A stretch of 64,000 bases of DNA from a virus (taxonomy: Duplodnaviria; Caudoviricetes), in IMG/VR virus record IMGVR_UViG_3300028886_000057, positions 1-64,000 of that record, one strand, 5' to 3'. The translations under genes and the position numbers were made by a program. Below the pieces are notes generated by a model. The model had not been told where the DNA came from. It saw only the letters and a list, made by a program, of their open reading frames with translations, and searched no databases. Position 1 is the stretch's first letter, and each line of letters begins with the position of its first letter. Shown piece by piece: positions 29,281-39,431 of the stretch.

Positions 29281-29997
29281 CCATAAACTTGGTCTTTGTA
29301 TTTTTCGGCACGCGCTATAGCCGATCAAAATGGCTTCGCTCGTGTCCTCATTAACCCATTGCCCAGTCAGTTCGTGTACCTTATTAACGGCCCACGCTTT
29401 TTCAGCACCGCGTCCGCCACTTACCGCACCGAACTCTTTACGCCAAACCACTGGCGCATATTCGACATGTTTGACGCCTAGCCGCTCCATCGTGGTCACG
29501 CAAACGCCCAGTAACATGGCTAAAATCTTAAAGGTTTTCATGCCCTTAACTCCGCCCTGTTCCTGTATATCTTCAAACACAACTACATCCGGTTTCCAAA
29601 TAGGCACGACTACTTCACTCAATAGCCGTTCGATTTTTGCTAGCCTGCTTTCCGTTAGCGCGTCATTAAACTGAAACAAATCATAGTACGCTAGTTGCCC
29701 ATTGTCCCAAACACTCATACCCATCTTATAGGTCGCTTGGTCAAAGGCAATTATTCTAAATGTGCCGGGCTGTTTCGTCGGCACCGCTTTTGGCTTTTCC
29801 ATCGCAAAATGCGCTTTAGCGCACTCTGGACACTGAAAGCTCGGATGCCGCACAGCGGCAATATTCGTAATAAACGTATGTCCTTTACTACATTTTACCG
29901 TAATATCGGACTGCATATTCTTATAAGCCGAAGCGTCCACTAAGGCAAAGCCCTTAGCCTCCACTTCTGCTAGAATCTGCTCTTTACTTAGCGCCAC
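29278..29997 (-). CDS. ruvC: RuvC-like Holliday junction resolvase with N-terminal Zn-ribbon
   Basis: IIAFDQAT, VVFEDI, EDTSEAILIG; N-terminal CSKGH..CPEC. Confidence 0.8.
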   Translation of the reverse strand: MALSKEQILAEVEAKGFALVDASAYKNMQSDITVKCSKGHTFITNIAAVRHPSFQCPECAKAHFAMEKPKAVPTKQPGTFRIIAFDQATYKMGMSVWDNGQLAYYDLFQFNDALTESRLAKIERLLSEVVVPIWKPDVVVFEDIQEQGGVKGMKTFKILAMLLGVCVTTMERLGVKHVEYAPVVWRKEFGAVSGGRGAEKAWAVNKVHELTGQWVNEDTSEAILIGYSACRKIQRPSLW

Positions 29998-30166
29998 CTG
30001 CGCGCTCCTTTAAGATTTCTTCGACAACCTCTTTCGACTCTAAAACTATATCAAGGTTTTCAACTAAAATCATTTGCGCGACGGCTTCGTTATATTCTGC
30101 CAAACGCTTCTCTAATTCCTCGGTGTTTAAACCGGCGAAACGTAAATATAAATCTTTTTTGTCCAT
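29984..30166 (-). CDS. hypothetical protein
   Basis: GAAGGAAG RBS; promoter TTGCCC-17-TACAAT at 30186-30214. Confidence 0.6.
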   Translation of the reverse strand: MDKKDLYLRFAGLNTEELEKRLAEYNEAVAQMILVENLDIVLESKEVVEEILKERAGGAK

Positions 30167-30216
30167 AATTTACTTCCTTCGTTTTATTGTAGCGGAGAAA
30201 GTGTCTTTGGGCAAAC

Positions 30217-30801
30217 TCACATTAAATTAAAGTCGATGTTACGCAGCCTTAAATATATGTCTTTTAGCGCGCGGCAGTCGTTAATTGCATCATGCGCCAC
30301 ATATTCAATGCCGAAGTATTCGCCGACGATTGTTTGCTTAACGCTTAACTTCATCAATCCTTTACTCAAGCAGAACTCCTTTAAATGTAGCTGCCCTTTC
30401 TTTTCCATAGCGCGCACAACTTTCATCAAGTCGAGCTGTGGCACATCATCAAACTGGAACTGATCGCGCAGCCTATAGCGATCAATTTGCGCATTAATAA
30501 ACGGCCAGTCAAACACATCACTATTGTAGCCGCACATCTTTTCAACACCCATTTCTTTGAGCCACATAAAAAATTGCGGCACAACTTCCCAGTATCGTGG
30601 TGAGTTGGCAACTGTCCTGTCGCTAATGCCGGTCAAGTCCGTAATCTGCGCTGGAATCGGTCCCATCGGCTTAATATAGGTGGAAAATGTACCCAACTCC
30701 GTCTCCGTGCCACTGTCCCACGCTACTGCCGCAATTTCAATAATATCATTATGTTCGCGGCTAAAGCCGGTGGTTTCTATATCATAAAATGCTAATACCA
30801 T
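30217..30801 (-). CDS. dnaQ: DEDDh 3'-5' exonuclease (DnaQ/epsilon-like)
   Basis: DIETTG, YNSDVFD, AHDAINDC. Confidence 0.92.
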   Translation of the reverse strand: MVLAFYDIETTGFSREHNDIIEIAAVAWDSGTETELGTFSTYIKPMGPIPAQITDLTGISDRTVANSPRYWEVVPQFFMWLKEMGVEKMCGYNSDVFDWPFINAQIDRYRLRDQFQFDDVPQLDLMKVVRAMEKKGQLHLKEFCLSKGLMKLSVKQTIVGEYFGIEYVAHDAINDCRALKDIYLRLRNIDFNLM

Positions 30802-31916
30802 AATTCGCTCCTTAATAATGCTTGCCAGTTTACATTACTGACATCCCAATATTTATCTCCATATCGCCATCGTGCCAAAGTCTGCGGCTCTTCAAAACCC
30901 CACTCTTCCAAATGATGATATAGCTCAATTCCTGCTCTGAACATTTCATCGCCCCACAATTCTGGATGACAATAGAACTCTTCTACTGTCATACCAAGCC
31001 GCTTCGCGGGCGTCTGCGCGATAAACTCGAAGAATGATACATGTGGCTGCATACTCCAGTTATGCAACAACTCATAATAATGTACATAAACCGAATCGAG
31101 CCGTGAATCTAGTTTACTAATCGTTACTTTCCAGCAACGCTCTTTCATGCCGAGAATCGTTTTAACACAAAGTTTCAAGTTTTCCACATCCGGCCTACTT
31201 ACGGTCTGCGGATAAAATTCTACCGCGCCGACTGCCGTCTTGCTATGCCGCGCCTTAAACTCATCAAAGAACGCAAACACTTGATCTACCTTCTCCTCTA
31301 CAAACGGTAGTGCATTCGTCCACTGTAACATCTTCCCATTTGCAAAATTTAAGTCCATAAATGCTTCTCTGAGCGTTTGATCAGAGATAAGCCTAGCAAG
31401 CGAAATCGGCCTTAAAAAATATATATTTTTGCGTTTCTTTAGGCTCTGAAACGCATTTACGAGTTGGGCAGACGGAATTAACCAGAGCTGCTCATCCGTG
31501 ACCACAGTATCCTTGTTCGTTTCGATGTTGGTATCGTCCTGCCGCCACTTCAGCAAGCCGCCGCGTTCGTTGCCGAGTTGCACGGCATCAGAGCGTTCGA
31601 ACTTATTGCGGCCACGTGGATAGAGTAGATAATCGGGGCGACAAGCGAGTTGGGCATCCGACGGGGTCCAGTTGGTAAAGTAGCGGACGCCGTATACCGA
31701 GGCCGCCTTATTCATTAATAACGATGTGGGCGGCTTCGGCAGTGTCGCGTCGCTTTGGAATACGTACACTTTATCGAATTTCTTCGGCAACTTGTCCTTC
31801 GGCCGCAACAGCGTAACCGAGTCGCCTAGCTGCTTGTGATACGAACTAATGCGCATCGCCAAAAAGTTTGGGCTGCCGTCGTTGAGGAAGTCGACGTCAT
31901 AAATATATACTTGCAT
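30792..31916 (-). CDS. radical-SAM-family-like protein lacking CxxxCxxC
   Basis: DVD..PNFLAMRISSYHKQLGDSV and RPDYLLYP resemble the N-terminus of a phage/bacterial radical SAM family, recalled from memory. Confidence 0.5.
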   Translation of the reverse strand: MQVYIYDVDFLNDGSPNFLAMRISSYHKQLGDSVTLLRPKDKLPKKFDKVYVFQSDATLPKPPTSLLMNKAASVYGVRYFTNWTPSDAQLACRPDYLLYPRGRNKFERSDAVQLGNERGGLLKWRQDDTNIETNKDTVVTDEQLWLIPSAQLVNAFQSLKKRKNIYFLRPISLARLISDQTLREAFMDLNFANGKMLQWTNALPFVEEKVDQVFAFFDEFKARHSKTAVGAVEFYPQTVSRPDVENLKLCVKTILGMKERCWKVTISKLDSRLDSVYVHYYELLHNWSMQPHVSFFEFIAQTPAKRLGMTVEEFYCHPELWGDEMFRAGIELYHHLEEWGFEEPQTLARWRYGDKYWDVSNVNWQALLRSELWY

Positions 31917-34900
31917 CAGGCTTCCTCCTCGACCTTGTTCTCAAATGAAATTGTGCCGTTTTTCGCAATATTAATCTTTACCAGACTCTTGCGGTTCATA
32001 TTCTTGTACACTTTCGGAATGAATACTGAGCCGCGGCTAATGCCGGTGATCAACAGGTGAGTTCCTTTTTCAAAGAAGCTCGGACCATTCGTTTCATTCG
32101 CGTAGAACGCGAACAAGTCTTTATATAACTTTAACACAATTATGCCGTCTGGCGCCTGTACCGTAACTAATCCTTTTGTTGTGTTCTTATTTAACACCGT
32201 GCCAACCAACGTGTACAAATGCATCTTCGGCACGCGTTTACCTTTAATATTGAAGAAGCCATCAATCGCCCCTTCTTGAATGTCGCCGACCAAATCGGTC
32301 TCGACCGGGATCTGCGGCAAGATGTCCCACAATGGACTCTTCGACTTATAATAGTTGAGCGCGTCCAACTCCCAACTCTTCTCATCACCCGCGCCGTATT
32401 TATTCCAATCATCCATAAAGAGATGATTATTTAACTTCTTCAGTAACTCGGCTTCATGCGCCTTAATATACGCCGTGGTCCGTACTTTACATCCATTATA
32501 AACGTAAGCATCCCATCTTGCGCTGTCAATCGCTTCAACCACTCGACCGTTCGGCAATTGGATTGCTTCAATTTCAGCCTTACTCAATACGTAATCACGA
32601 TCGACTGTATCGCCCATCATATAATATGATTCACTATCATCTCTATACTTGCGCAACTCTTTCGTCACCTTGAAGCACTTCTGCTCCTCTGCCAATTCCG
32701 GCGGCAACAAACCAAAGTCAATTAACATATTCGCATTCTGCATAGTTAATCGGCCCTTTTGGTCCGCGGTCGACAAAATATATGCTTGTAAGATTTCTCT
32801 TACGCTCTTGCCTTCAATTGCGTTAAAACAGCCCGCCTTAATCAAGTTAACGACTTTCGCACGGTTTACAATTCGCTTGTTCACCTTTTGCACGAAGTCT
32901 GCCAAACTCGCATATGGACGATGTTCCATAATCTCTTGAATAACCGGTGACGTAATCATTGTGATGCCCTTCAAGCCGTACATAATTTCGTTACGTTCAA
33001 CGTTCGGCATAAAGCCCAACTTCGACTTATTAATATCCGGTGAGGTAATCGTACAAATATCTTTGAAACGGTTAACCGCCAAAATAATCTTGCTGACGTC
33101 CGTCTTACTCTGGTCGCGCTTATCGGCTTCATCCGTTTCTGCCAAGTCGATGATGCCTTCGTCCAACAAGTTGTCGAAGTCACTTTCATCAATAGCGGAA
33201 CTATCGACCGACAAACAGGCGCAGTTCCAATAAATAATCGGCCATCTATATGCCAAGTTCATTTCCTGAACCGCCAAGATCGAGTAACCTGTCGTGTGAA
33301 CGATTGAAAAAGAGTAGCCCAAGCTCTTTTTAACCTGGACGTCCCAAACGTAGTTTAAGATCTGGTCACTATTACCCAACGCACGACCCTTTTCCAAGAA
33401 CAACTGATGAACCTTTTCGATCTGGTCAAATTGCTTCTTAGCAATAGTCTTACGGAGTTTATTCGCCTCTACCATTGTGAAGCCCGCAATTTTCGGGTCC
33501 ATCGACAACTCCATAACGATTTCTTGGGTCGCTGCGACGCCATAGTACTGCAACAAGTACTTCTCCAACGTCTTGACTTCATCTTCGTTCAACCCATACA
33601 TCGCCATTTCTGAATACCACTGGCTAATATCGCGCTTAAATCTAACATATGTATCAAGAGGCAATTCACCCTCACACATAAGTCTCATAACCGCGTTTCC
33701 TACCGCTAACTCCATTAAGTTGCGCGGCTGAATGGCCTTAACGGCTTGACTACCTACTGCGGTATCGAACTGGAACAATGCCGTAATCTCACCATTATCG
33801 ACCATATCCCACATCTTCTCGCTGGTATAATCCAAAACTTTCGGGTTCAAATATTTATCATAAGTCGACTTCAAGTCACCTTGCCAGTCGATCTCATGGT
33901 TTTCTAACAAATAGTTGAAGCACTGACGAATACGATCCAACGCCGAAACCGTTAACATATCATACTTAATTAAGCCGCACGCTTCAGAGTCGTGGAGTTC
34001 GAGTGCCGTTACTAACGTACCGCTTCTCGTCTGCATGATACTGTTGTAGTCATTAATATCGCCATTAACGCAAACAATACCAGACGCGTGCTGACCCAAG
34101 CTAACCACCAAACCTTCAATTTTATGAGCAACCGCCCAAAGATCAGGATACTGGTCTATCTCTTCTTTAAAAGCGGTAATGGCATTGTGTTCCTCATCGC
34201 CATAATAACACTGGTCCAGAGTCCAGTCGAAACCACGCTCATTCGGGACCATTGAGCCCAAATATGAGACGATTTCTTCATCAATGCCGAGACCACGAGC
34301 AGCCGTCTTCAATGCATTTTTCGTACCGCACGTACCAAATGTGCAAACCGCGTAGACGTCGCCGCCGATACTTCTAAAGTAATCACGAATCTTATTAAAA
34401 ACCTTGACACGCTTAAAAGACTCCGTGTCGAAGTCAATATCAGGATAGTCGGGACGCTCCGGGTCCAAGAAACGCCAAGCCGCCATGTGCGCCGGCTGCT
34501 CCAACGGGTTCATTTGCGTAATGCCCAACAAATAGTTGATAAGGAACGCACCTGCCGAACCACGACTCGGACCGACTAACGAGTCAGCCTCATGCCAAAT
34601 AATATCCATTAACTTCGCCATTGTGGTGAAGTAGTCAGCCATATGAACGCCCTTATTTTCAGAGATAAGGTGAATGGTGCGAAGCTCGGTTTCCAACTCC
34701 TCGATGTACTCCGGCAAACGTGCTTCGGGAATCTGCTCTTTAATCCAGCCCCTCGTCACCAACTTCATAAAATATGAGTCGATTTCGTCGGTGGTGGTTG
34801 CAAAGTATCTCAAATGTTCATGGTCTGCAAGGTAAGGTTCAAAAACTTTGCAGTTCTCAAATATTTCATTTCTTACAATATACGGAATCTGTTGCGGCTT

Positions 34901-35770
34901 ACGAAGATCGAACGGCTTAATCATATCATAGATACGCAACGTATTCTGCGCCATTTCTTCCATCTGCTCAGCAGTTACATAGTCTTTGAAGTAGTCCCAG
35001 ACTTCTTCATAACTCATCATATACGCCGATGCATAAAACGAGTCGACCTCACGATCACCATTCTTCGAGTTCAAAAACGCGCGATGAATCGGACGATCTT
35101 CCTTCTTCAAATAGTGCGAGTCGGTGGTGAAGATAAATGGCATCTTACCCCAAAACGTCTTAATCAAATATTTATTATATGCAATTTGGTCCTCTTGGAA
35201 CGACGGCTGCAATTCAATATACCAATTGCCTTTACCAAACAACTCTTGCATAGCTCCGGCGAAACGTTCGATCGACGCGAAGTCGCCATCTTTAAACTTA
35301 CGGCCCAAATAACCACCGATACAAGCCGAGCTTGCCACCAAGTGACCGCCCTTTACCAATTCATATAAATCGTTCGGAGTCGTCCAAACACGTGTCATAA
35401 ACGTGCCGAAACCACGTTCCCAGGCACGGCTGCTTAATTGCCGCATCTGGTGATAGCCTTCCATATCTTTTGCTAATAAGATAAAGTGAAAAAATGGCTC
35501 GCCCTTTTGATAGTTTTCGGCCGTCAAATCATTTCTAGCTATATAAATCTCGTTGCCGAGAATAAGTTTAAAATCAGTATCTTTATATTTATCAGCCCAA
35601 TACGCCATCGCCTTAACGTGACCAGACAAACTTTCATGGTCGGTAATGGCTACGCCTTTAAGCCCAATTTCATAGGCATAATCAATTAAATCATTTGGTT
35701 TATTAATACTGTCGATCAATCGCAGGTTGCTGTACATCGTGTGGTTATGTAATGAAACGTAAGTAGACAT
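31916..35770 (-). CDS. dnaE: DNA polymerase III alpha subunit (family C)
   Basis: PHP motifs HNHT, ITDH, TDSHY; SRGSAG; PDIDFD; GQHASG; KYDML; GYSFS..H; start 35770 has AAAGGAG RBS. Confidence 0.97.
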   Translation of the reverse strand: MSTYVSLHNHTMYSNLRLIDSINKPNDLIDYAYEIGLKGVAITDHESLSGHVKAMAYWADKYKDTDFKLILGNEIYIARNDLTAENYQKGEPFFHFILLAKDMEGYHQMRQLSSRAWERGFGTFMTRVWTTPNDLYELVKGGHLVASSACIGGYLGRKFKDGDFASIERFAGAMQELFGKGNWYIELQPSFQEDQIAYNKYLIKTFWGKMPFIFTTDSHYLKKEDRPIHRAFLNSKNGDREVDSFYASAYMMSYEEVWDYFKDYVTAEQMEEMAQNTLRIYDMIKPFDLRKPQQIPYIVRNEIFENCKVFEPYLADHEHLRYFATTTDEIDSYFMKLVTRGWIKEQIPEARLPEYIEELETELRTIHLISENKGVHMADYFTTMAKLMDIIWHEADSLVGPSRGSAGAFLINYLLGITQMNPLEQPAHMAAWRFLDPERPDYPDIDFDTESFKRVKVFNKIRDYFRSIGGDVYAVCTFGTCGTKNALKTAARGLGIDEEIVSYLGSMVPNERGFDWTLDQCYYGDEEHNAITAFKEEIDQYPDLWAVAHKIEGLVVSLGQHASGIVCVNGDINDYNSIMQTRSGTLVTALELHDSEACGLIKYDMLTVSALDRIRQCFNYLLENHEIDWQGDLKSTYDKYLNPKVLDYTSEKMWDMVDNGEITALFQFDTAVGSQAVKAIQPRNLMELAVGNAVMRLMCEGELPLDTYVRFKRDISQWYSEMAMYGLNEDEVKTLEKYLLQYYGVAATQEIVMELSMDPKIAGFTMVEANKLRKTIAKKQFDQIEKVHQLFLEKGRALGNSDQILNYVWDVQVKKSLGYSFSIVHTTGYSILAVQEMNLAYRWPIIYWNCACLSVDSSAIDESDFDNLLDEGIIDLAETDEADKRDQSKTDVSKIILAVNRFKDICTITSPDINKSKLGFMPNVERNEIMYGLKGITMITSPVIQEIMEHRPYASLADFVQKVNKRIVNRAKVVNLIKAGCFNAIEGKSVREILQAYILSTADQKGRLTMQNANMLIDFGLLPPELAEEQKCFKVTKELRKYRDDSESYYMMGDTVDRDYVLSKAEIEAIQLPNGRVVEAIDSARWDAYVYNGCKVRTTAYIKAHEAELLKKLNNHLFMDDWNKYGAGDEKSWELDALNYYKSKSPLWDILPQIPVETDLVGDIQEGAIDGFFNIKGKRVPKMHLYTLVGTVLNKNTTKGLVTVQAPDGIIVLKLYKDLFAFYANETNGPSFFEKGTHLLITGISRGSVFIPKVYKNMNRKSLVKINIAKNGTISFENKVEEEA

Positions 35771-35836
35771 ATAACTCCTTTCTGATGGCCTTTCTCGCAT
35801 AGCGAAGGTTTATACCATAGAATTTATCTTTACTAT

Positions 35837-35865
35837 ATTTTAAGCTAAAAAGTCGTTCTTAGCAA
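35837..35865 (-). promoter_or_regulatory. dnaE promoter, 17-bp spacer
   Basis: TTGCTA-17-TAAAAT. Confidence 0.6.
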
Positions 35866-35882
35866 ATAAAAAAGATGGAAGT

Positions 35883-36383
35883 TTACACTTCCATCTGTTC
35901 AATAGCATCGGTACAAATCGCTGCCACATCAATATTTAAAAGCTCAAATATTTTAAGCATGATGCCCATTAACACCGCATAATCAAGACGCTGATGTTCG
36001 CTATCGGCGTTGGTGGCTACTAATCGAACCAACTCTTGCGCGCTATTCCACACATTGTCGTCACTTTGTAAACCTTGTGCTACTTCAAATGTGCGATTCA
36101 AAGCATTGATGCGTGGCGTTTCGACGTTATCGTCCGTATATTTGATTTCCGCGGGGAATGTAGAAAGCACAGAAGCATAATCGTACAATATGTCGATCGC
36201 TAGAGTACGATCGTAATTCAACGTCTCTGGACATTCACTGGGGTAACTTAAATGAAGTTCACGGAACATGCAGAAAATGTCGGTACGTAATGAGGTGACG
36301 CACCATAAAACATCAGGAGTTTCCTTTTGATGGTCGACCACCGTTTTAACAAGATTAGTAAGAAGTTCTTTAGTAAGATGCAT
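35883..36383 (-). CDS. hypothetical protein
   Basis: ORF in replication operon. Confidence 0.65.
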   Translation of the reverse strand: MHLTKELLTNLVKTVVDHQKETPDVLWCVTSLRTDIFCMFRELHLSYPSECPETLNYDRTLAIDILYDYASVLSTFPAEIKYTDDNVETPRINALNRTFEVAQGLQSDDNVWNSAQELVRLVATNADSEHQRLDYAVLMGIMLKIFELLNIDVAAICTDAIEQMEV

Positions 36384-36556
36384 TAGAAAAGCCTTTCTAT
36401 TTTCGGATTAAATACATCCTCGATGGCAATATCATTAAACAGTTTAATAATATCAGAAGTTGGTAGCCGTGCGATCGCTAATAACAAATCCATCTCAGTT
36501 TGCACAATCTCTATATTATATTTTGCCGCGATTTCGCGCATAGTTTCAAAATTCAT
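36383..36556 (-). CDS. 57-aa hypothetical protein (MNFETMREIAAKY...)
   Basis: Translated by hand; TAATG-coupled at both ends. Confidence 0.6.
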   Translation of the reverse strand: MNFETMREIAAKYNIEIVQTEMDLLLAIARLPTSDIIKLFNDIAIEDVFNPKIERLF

Positions 36557-38367
36557 TATATCAAATCCAATGCGCTAATTTCCTCGATTGGAGCGGCAAT
36601 ATCGAGGCTATCTACAACAATTTGCACAGAGTTGCTATAACTATTAACTTGCGCTTTACCTACGCACGTGATGCGAGTTTTGACCGAGTTCTTGAGTTGC
36701 CGCGCCAAGCCGGGTTGCTTAAACATAACGAACTCGACGCCACCACGAGAGAACTTAATTGTATCATGTTCTTTACCGATGAAACTAAATTCACTTGCGT
36801 TCATACTGAATGAGAACGCAAAGCGCGGCTGCGGGATACCGTTACCATATACATACATACCTCTTGCAAAATCTGATAAGAGGTTGCCGGCGACCGCGTC
36901 TTTAAACCAATAGTCAACTTCAATATATTCGGTAGTAAAGTCAACATTTTTCATGGCATTGTCGGCATATTCAACGAAGGCTTTGAGCCCCTCTGTAGTA
37001 AAACCGCAACCTGCGGCGAATGGGTGACCCTCGGCCCAGCCGTCGCCCGATGTGTTAATCATTTCCATCAAAGATGGAACGGGGCGAATCTGTCCATCGA
37101 CCGTTTCATAATATTGATCGGCGCGAAGTGAGCCGCTATAAGTAACCTTGCCTTCATCGCTGCACGACTCACGCAAAACCATAACCGGTTTATGATACTC
37201 TTTGCTCAACTCCATGGCAGTCAAGCCGGTGAGAGTCGGCAATACTAAGTTTTGCTCGTCCGCGGTGACAGGAATTGCAATAACTTGGTGTTCATCTAAG
37301 TGATGCTTAACTATTTTTTGTTTAAGTAAGGCACTGCCACGTTTTTTGGCGCTGTCTTGGCGACCTTTAGCGTTAGCCGCCAAACGAACTGCATACTCAT
37401 AAATGGTTTCGGTGCGTGGCGTGCCGCGGTTATCTGACGTAAATAGCTCCGTGCAGTTATCTTCAACCATGGCACGGAAGAAGAGTTCTTTTTCCTCTTG
37501 CGAGCCACTGCGAATCAAACCGTTAATAAGCGGCGCTACGTAAAACGCCACGTCAGTTTTCGTTGGGTGCGCGATATTCGCAATAGAATAAGCGCGGCTT
37601 TTGAGAATCTCTTGCAAAATTTTGTTGCGGATGCGGCCCAAACCGCGTCGAATAATATAGTTGTTGCCCAGAGTACGCGTATCCATAACGTCAGCAATAA
37701 TACCGACAGCAGCCAGGTCCAAATATTTTTCCCACATATGTGGAACATAAGAGTCTAACACACTGATGATGCCATATTTCTCTTCATATGCCTTAACAAA
37801 CATTAATACAATACCGGCACCAGACATGGCTTTATTGTTGAAATCCGGACTAGCTTGGTTGTTAACTACAATTACATCCGGATGATTAAACTCGCCGCTA
37901 ACTTCGTGGTGGTCTAAAATGACAACCCACTTGCCTTGTTTGGCTAACTCTTCCTGTTCGGTTAGCTGCATAGAACCGGCGTCGGGAATAATGACAATGC
38001 CCGCATCGCCAACTTTATCCATTTCGATACCATGCTCTTTTCCAGCATGTACGCCCCAGACTAACTCAATATCAGGGGCGGTTTCGCGCAAAAAGTGGCA
38101 AAAGATAGAGGCAGAGGTGAAACCGTCGGTGTCGCAGTCCACTTGCACATAGAACTTCTTTTTCGCCGCAATGGCATCATGCACTTTGTCTACCGCAGCT
38201 TCCATATTACGGAGCTGCCATGGATTGTCCAAGTCTTTAATTGGCGGCTCTTCAGTCAGGAAGCTGGCAACGTGATCTTCTGTGATACCTAATGTCATTA
38301 AATAATCACGTAAGTAATTCGTGCTGCCAATTTTAATACTGTTGTCTTTTACTTTGATCTCTTTCAT
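36556..38367 (-). CDS. recJ: RecJ-like ssDNA exonuclease (DHH family)
   Basis: DCDTDG, IPDAG, LDHH, IIADVM, SGSLR, GHPFAAG. Confidence 0.93.
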   Translation of the reverse strand: MKEIKVKDNSIKIGSTNYLRDYLMTLGITEDHVASFLTEEPPIKDLDNPWQLRNMEAAVDKVHDAIAAKKKFYVQVDCDTDGFTSASIFCHFLRETAPDIELVWGVHAGKEHGIEMDKVGDAGIVIIPDAGSMQLTEQEELAKQGKWVVILDHHEVSGEFNHPDVIVVNNQASPDFNNKAMSGAGIVLMFVKAYEEKYGIISVLDSYVPHMWEKYLDLAAVGIIADVMDTRTLGNNYIIRRGLGRIRNKILQEILKSRAYSIANIAHPTKTDVAFYVAPLINGLIRSGSQEEKELFFRAMVEDNCTELFTSDNRGTPRTETIYEYAVRLAANAKGRQDSAKKRGSALLKQKIVKHHLDEHQVIAIPVTADEQNLVLPTLTGLTAMELSKEYHKPVMVLRESCSDEGKVTYSGSLRADQYYETVDGQIRPVPSLMEMINTSGDGWAEGHPFAAGCGFTTEGLKAFVEYADNAMKNVDFTTEYIEVDYWFKDAVAGNLLSDFARGMYVYGNGIPQPRFAFSFSMNASEFSFIGKEHDTIKFSRGGVEFVMFKQPGLARQLKNSVKTRITCVGKAQVNSYSNSVQIVVDSLDIAAPIEEISALDLI

Positions 38368-39431
38368 AGCACTAACCTTTCTGATAATAGCTTCTCAAAA
38401 TACTCTTTGCCGCCCTCTAATGGACTACTCTTATACTCTAGTTTAAGGTCCCAATCAAGTAAAACGCTAACTTGAAAGTACTTCGTAAGTATGTTTGCTA
38501 ATTTGACATACTCCTCACGCTTCTGCCGCAACTCATCTTCAGTTTCGTAGTCGGCGTCATAGGCCAGCACAACTCGACGAACGCCGCATTGCTGGAGCAG
38601 TAAGATCTGCGATGGCGTGATATTTTTACCTAGCGTAGCCACACAGATATTGTCTTTATAATAATCGTTATAGTGAAGGACACTCTTTTCGCCTTCAACG
38701 ATAATCGCCATATGCTTTTTCATAATCGACTGGCGATTCTGATACAAGCCGTACAACGCTCGGCCGCTCGGGTGCCGCAAACAGGTATCACCATCATAAA
38801 GCGGTCGATACTTGCCGTACTTATTCGCCACTTCTTCGTCGAGGAAGCGACCGCGCACGCCAATTAGGTTACCATCCACGTCATAGTTGGGAATAACTAT
38901 TGCGTTATCTGTAGGTGAGTACAAAATACCAAACTTACGCATGGCCTCATAACTAATGCCCTCATTATACCATGGACTTAACCCTGCGCGGTTGAAGGTG
39001 TACTTCTCCAACACCGACTTATCATACGTCGGCACTGGCGGCAACTGGTCCGCGGAGACCGCGCGTTCCAGTCGTAACATATACCGATAGTCTTCCAACT
39101 CACTTTGGTTATAATCAATTTCGTTCTCTGTATCGAGATCACAAAGAACGACCGCGTCATGCAAGGTAATGTCCTTGCCACGCAATTTCATCATCTTCAA
39201 CAATAAGTGGAAGATGTCGAAGGTTTCGGAACATTCGGTGTAACAGTGGAAGAGATGGGTGTTCTTGTAATAGTAAAGTTTCGGACTACCGCCCTCTAAG
39301 TTGTGGCAGCAGGTTGGGAAGATAATAAAGGCTTCAGTCTCGTCGAACGGTACGACGTTAAACTGTTCGAGAATACCTTTAACTGTTTCTTCGCTCATGT
39401 CTTCACGAAGATCGCGTAGCGTTCTACTCAT
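38364..39431 (-). CDS. DnaG-like primase
   Basis: Zn finger CH..CYTEC; IVIP..GVRGR; TOPRIM VEGEKS and AYDAD. Confidence 0.88.
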   Translation of the reverse strand: MSRTLRDLREDMSEETVKGILEQFNVVPFDETEAFIIFPTCCHNLEGGSPKLYYYKNTHLFHCYTECSETFDIFHLLLKMMKLRGKDITLHDAVVLCDLDTENEIDYNQSELEDYRYMLRLERAVSADQLPPVPTYDKSVLEKYTFNRAGLSPWYNEGISYEAMRKFGILYSPTDNAIVIPNYDVDGNLIGVRGRFLDEEVANKYGKYRPLYDGDTCLRHPSGRALYGLYQNRQSIMKKHMAIIVEGEKSVLHYNDYYKDNICVATLGKNITPSQILLLQQCGVRRVVLAYDADYETEDELRQKREEYVKLANILTKYFQVSVLLDWDLKLEYKSSPLEGGKEYFEKLLSERLVL

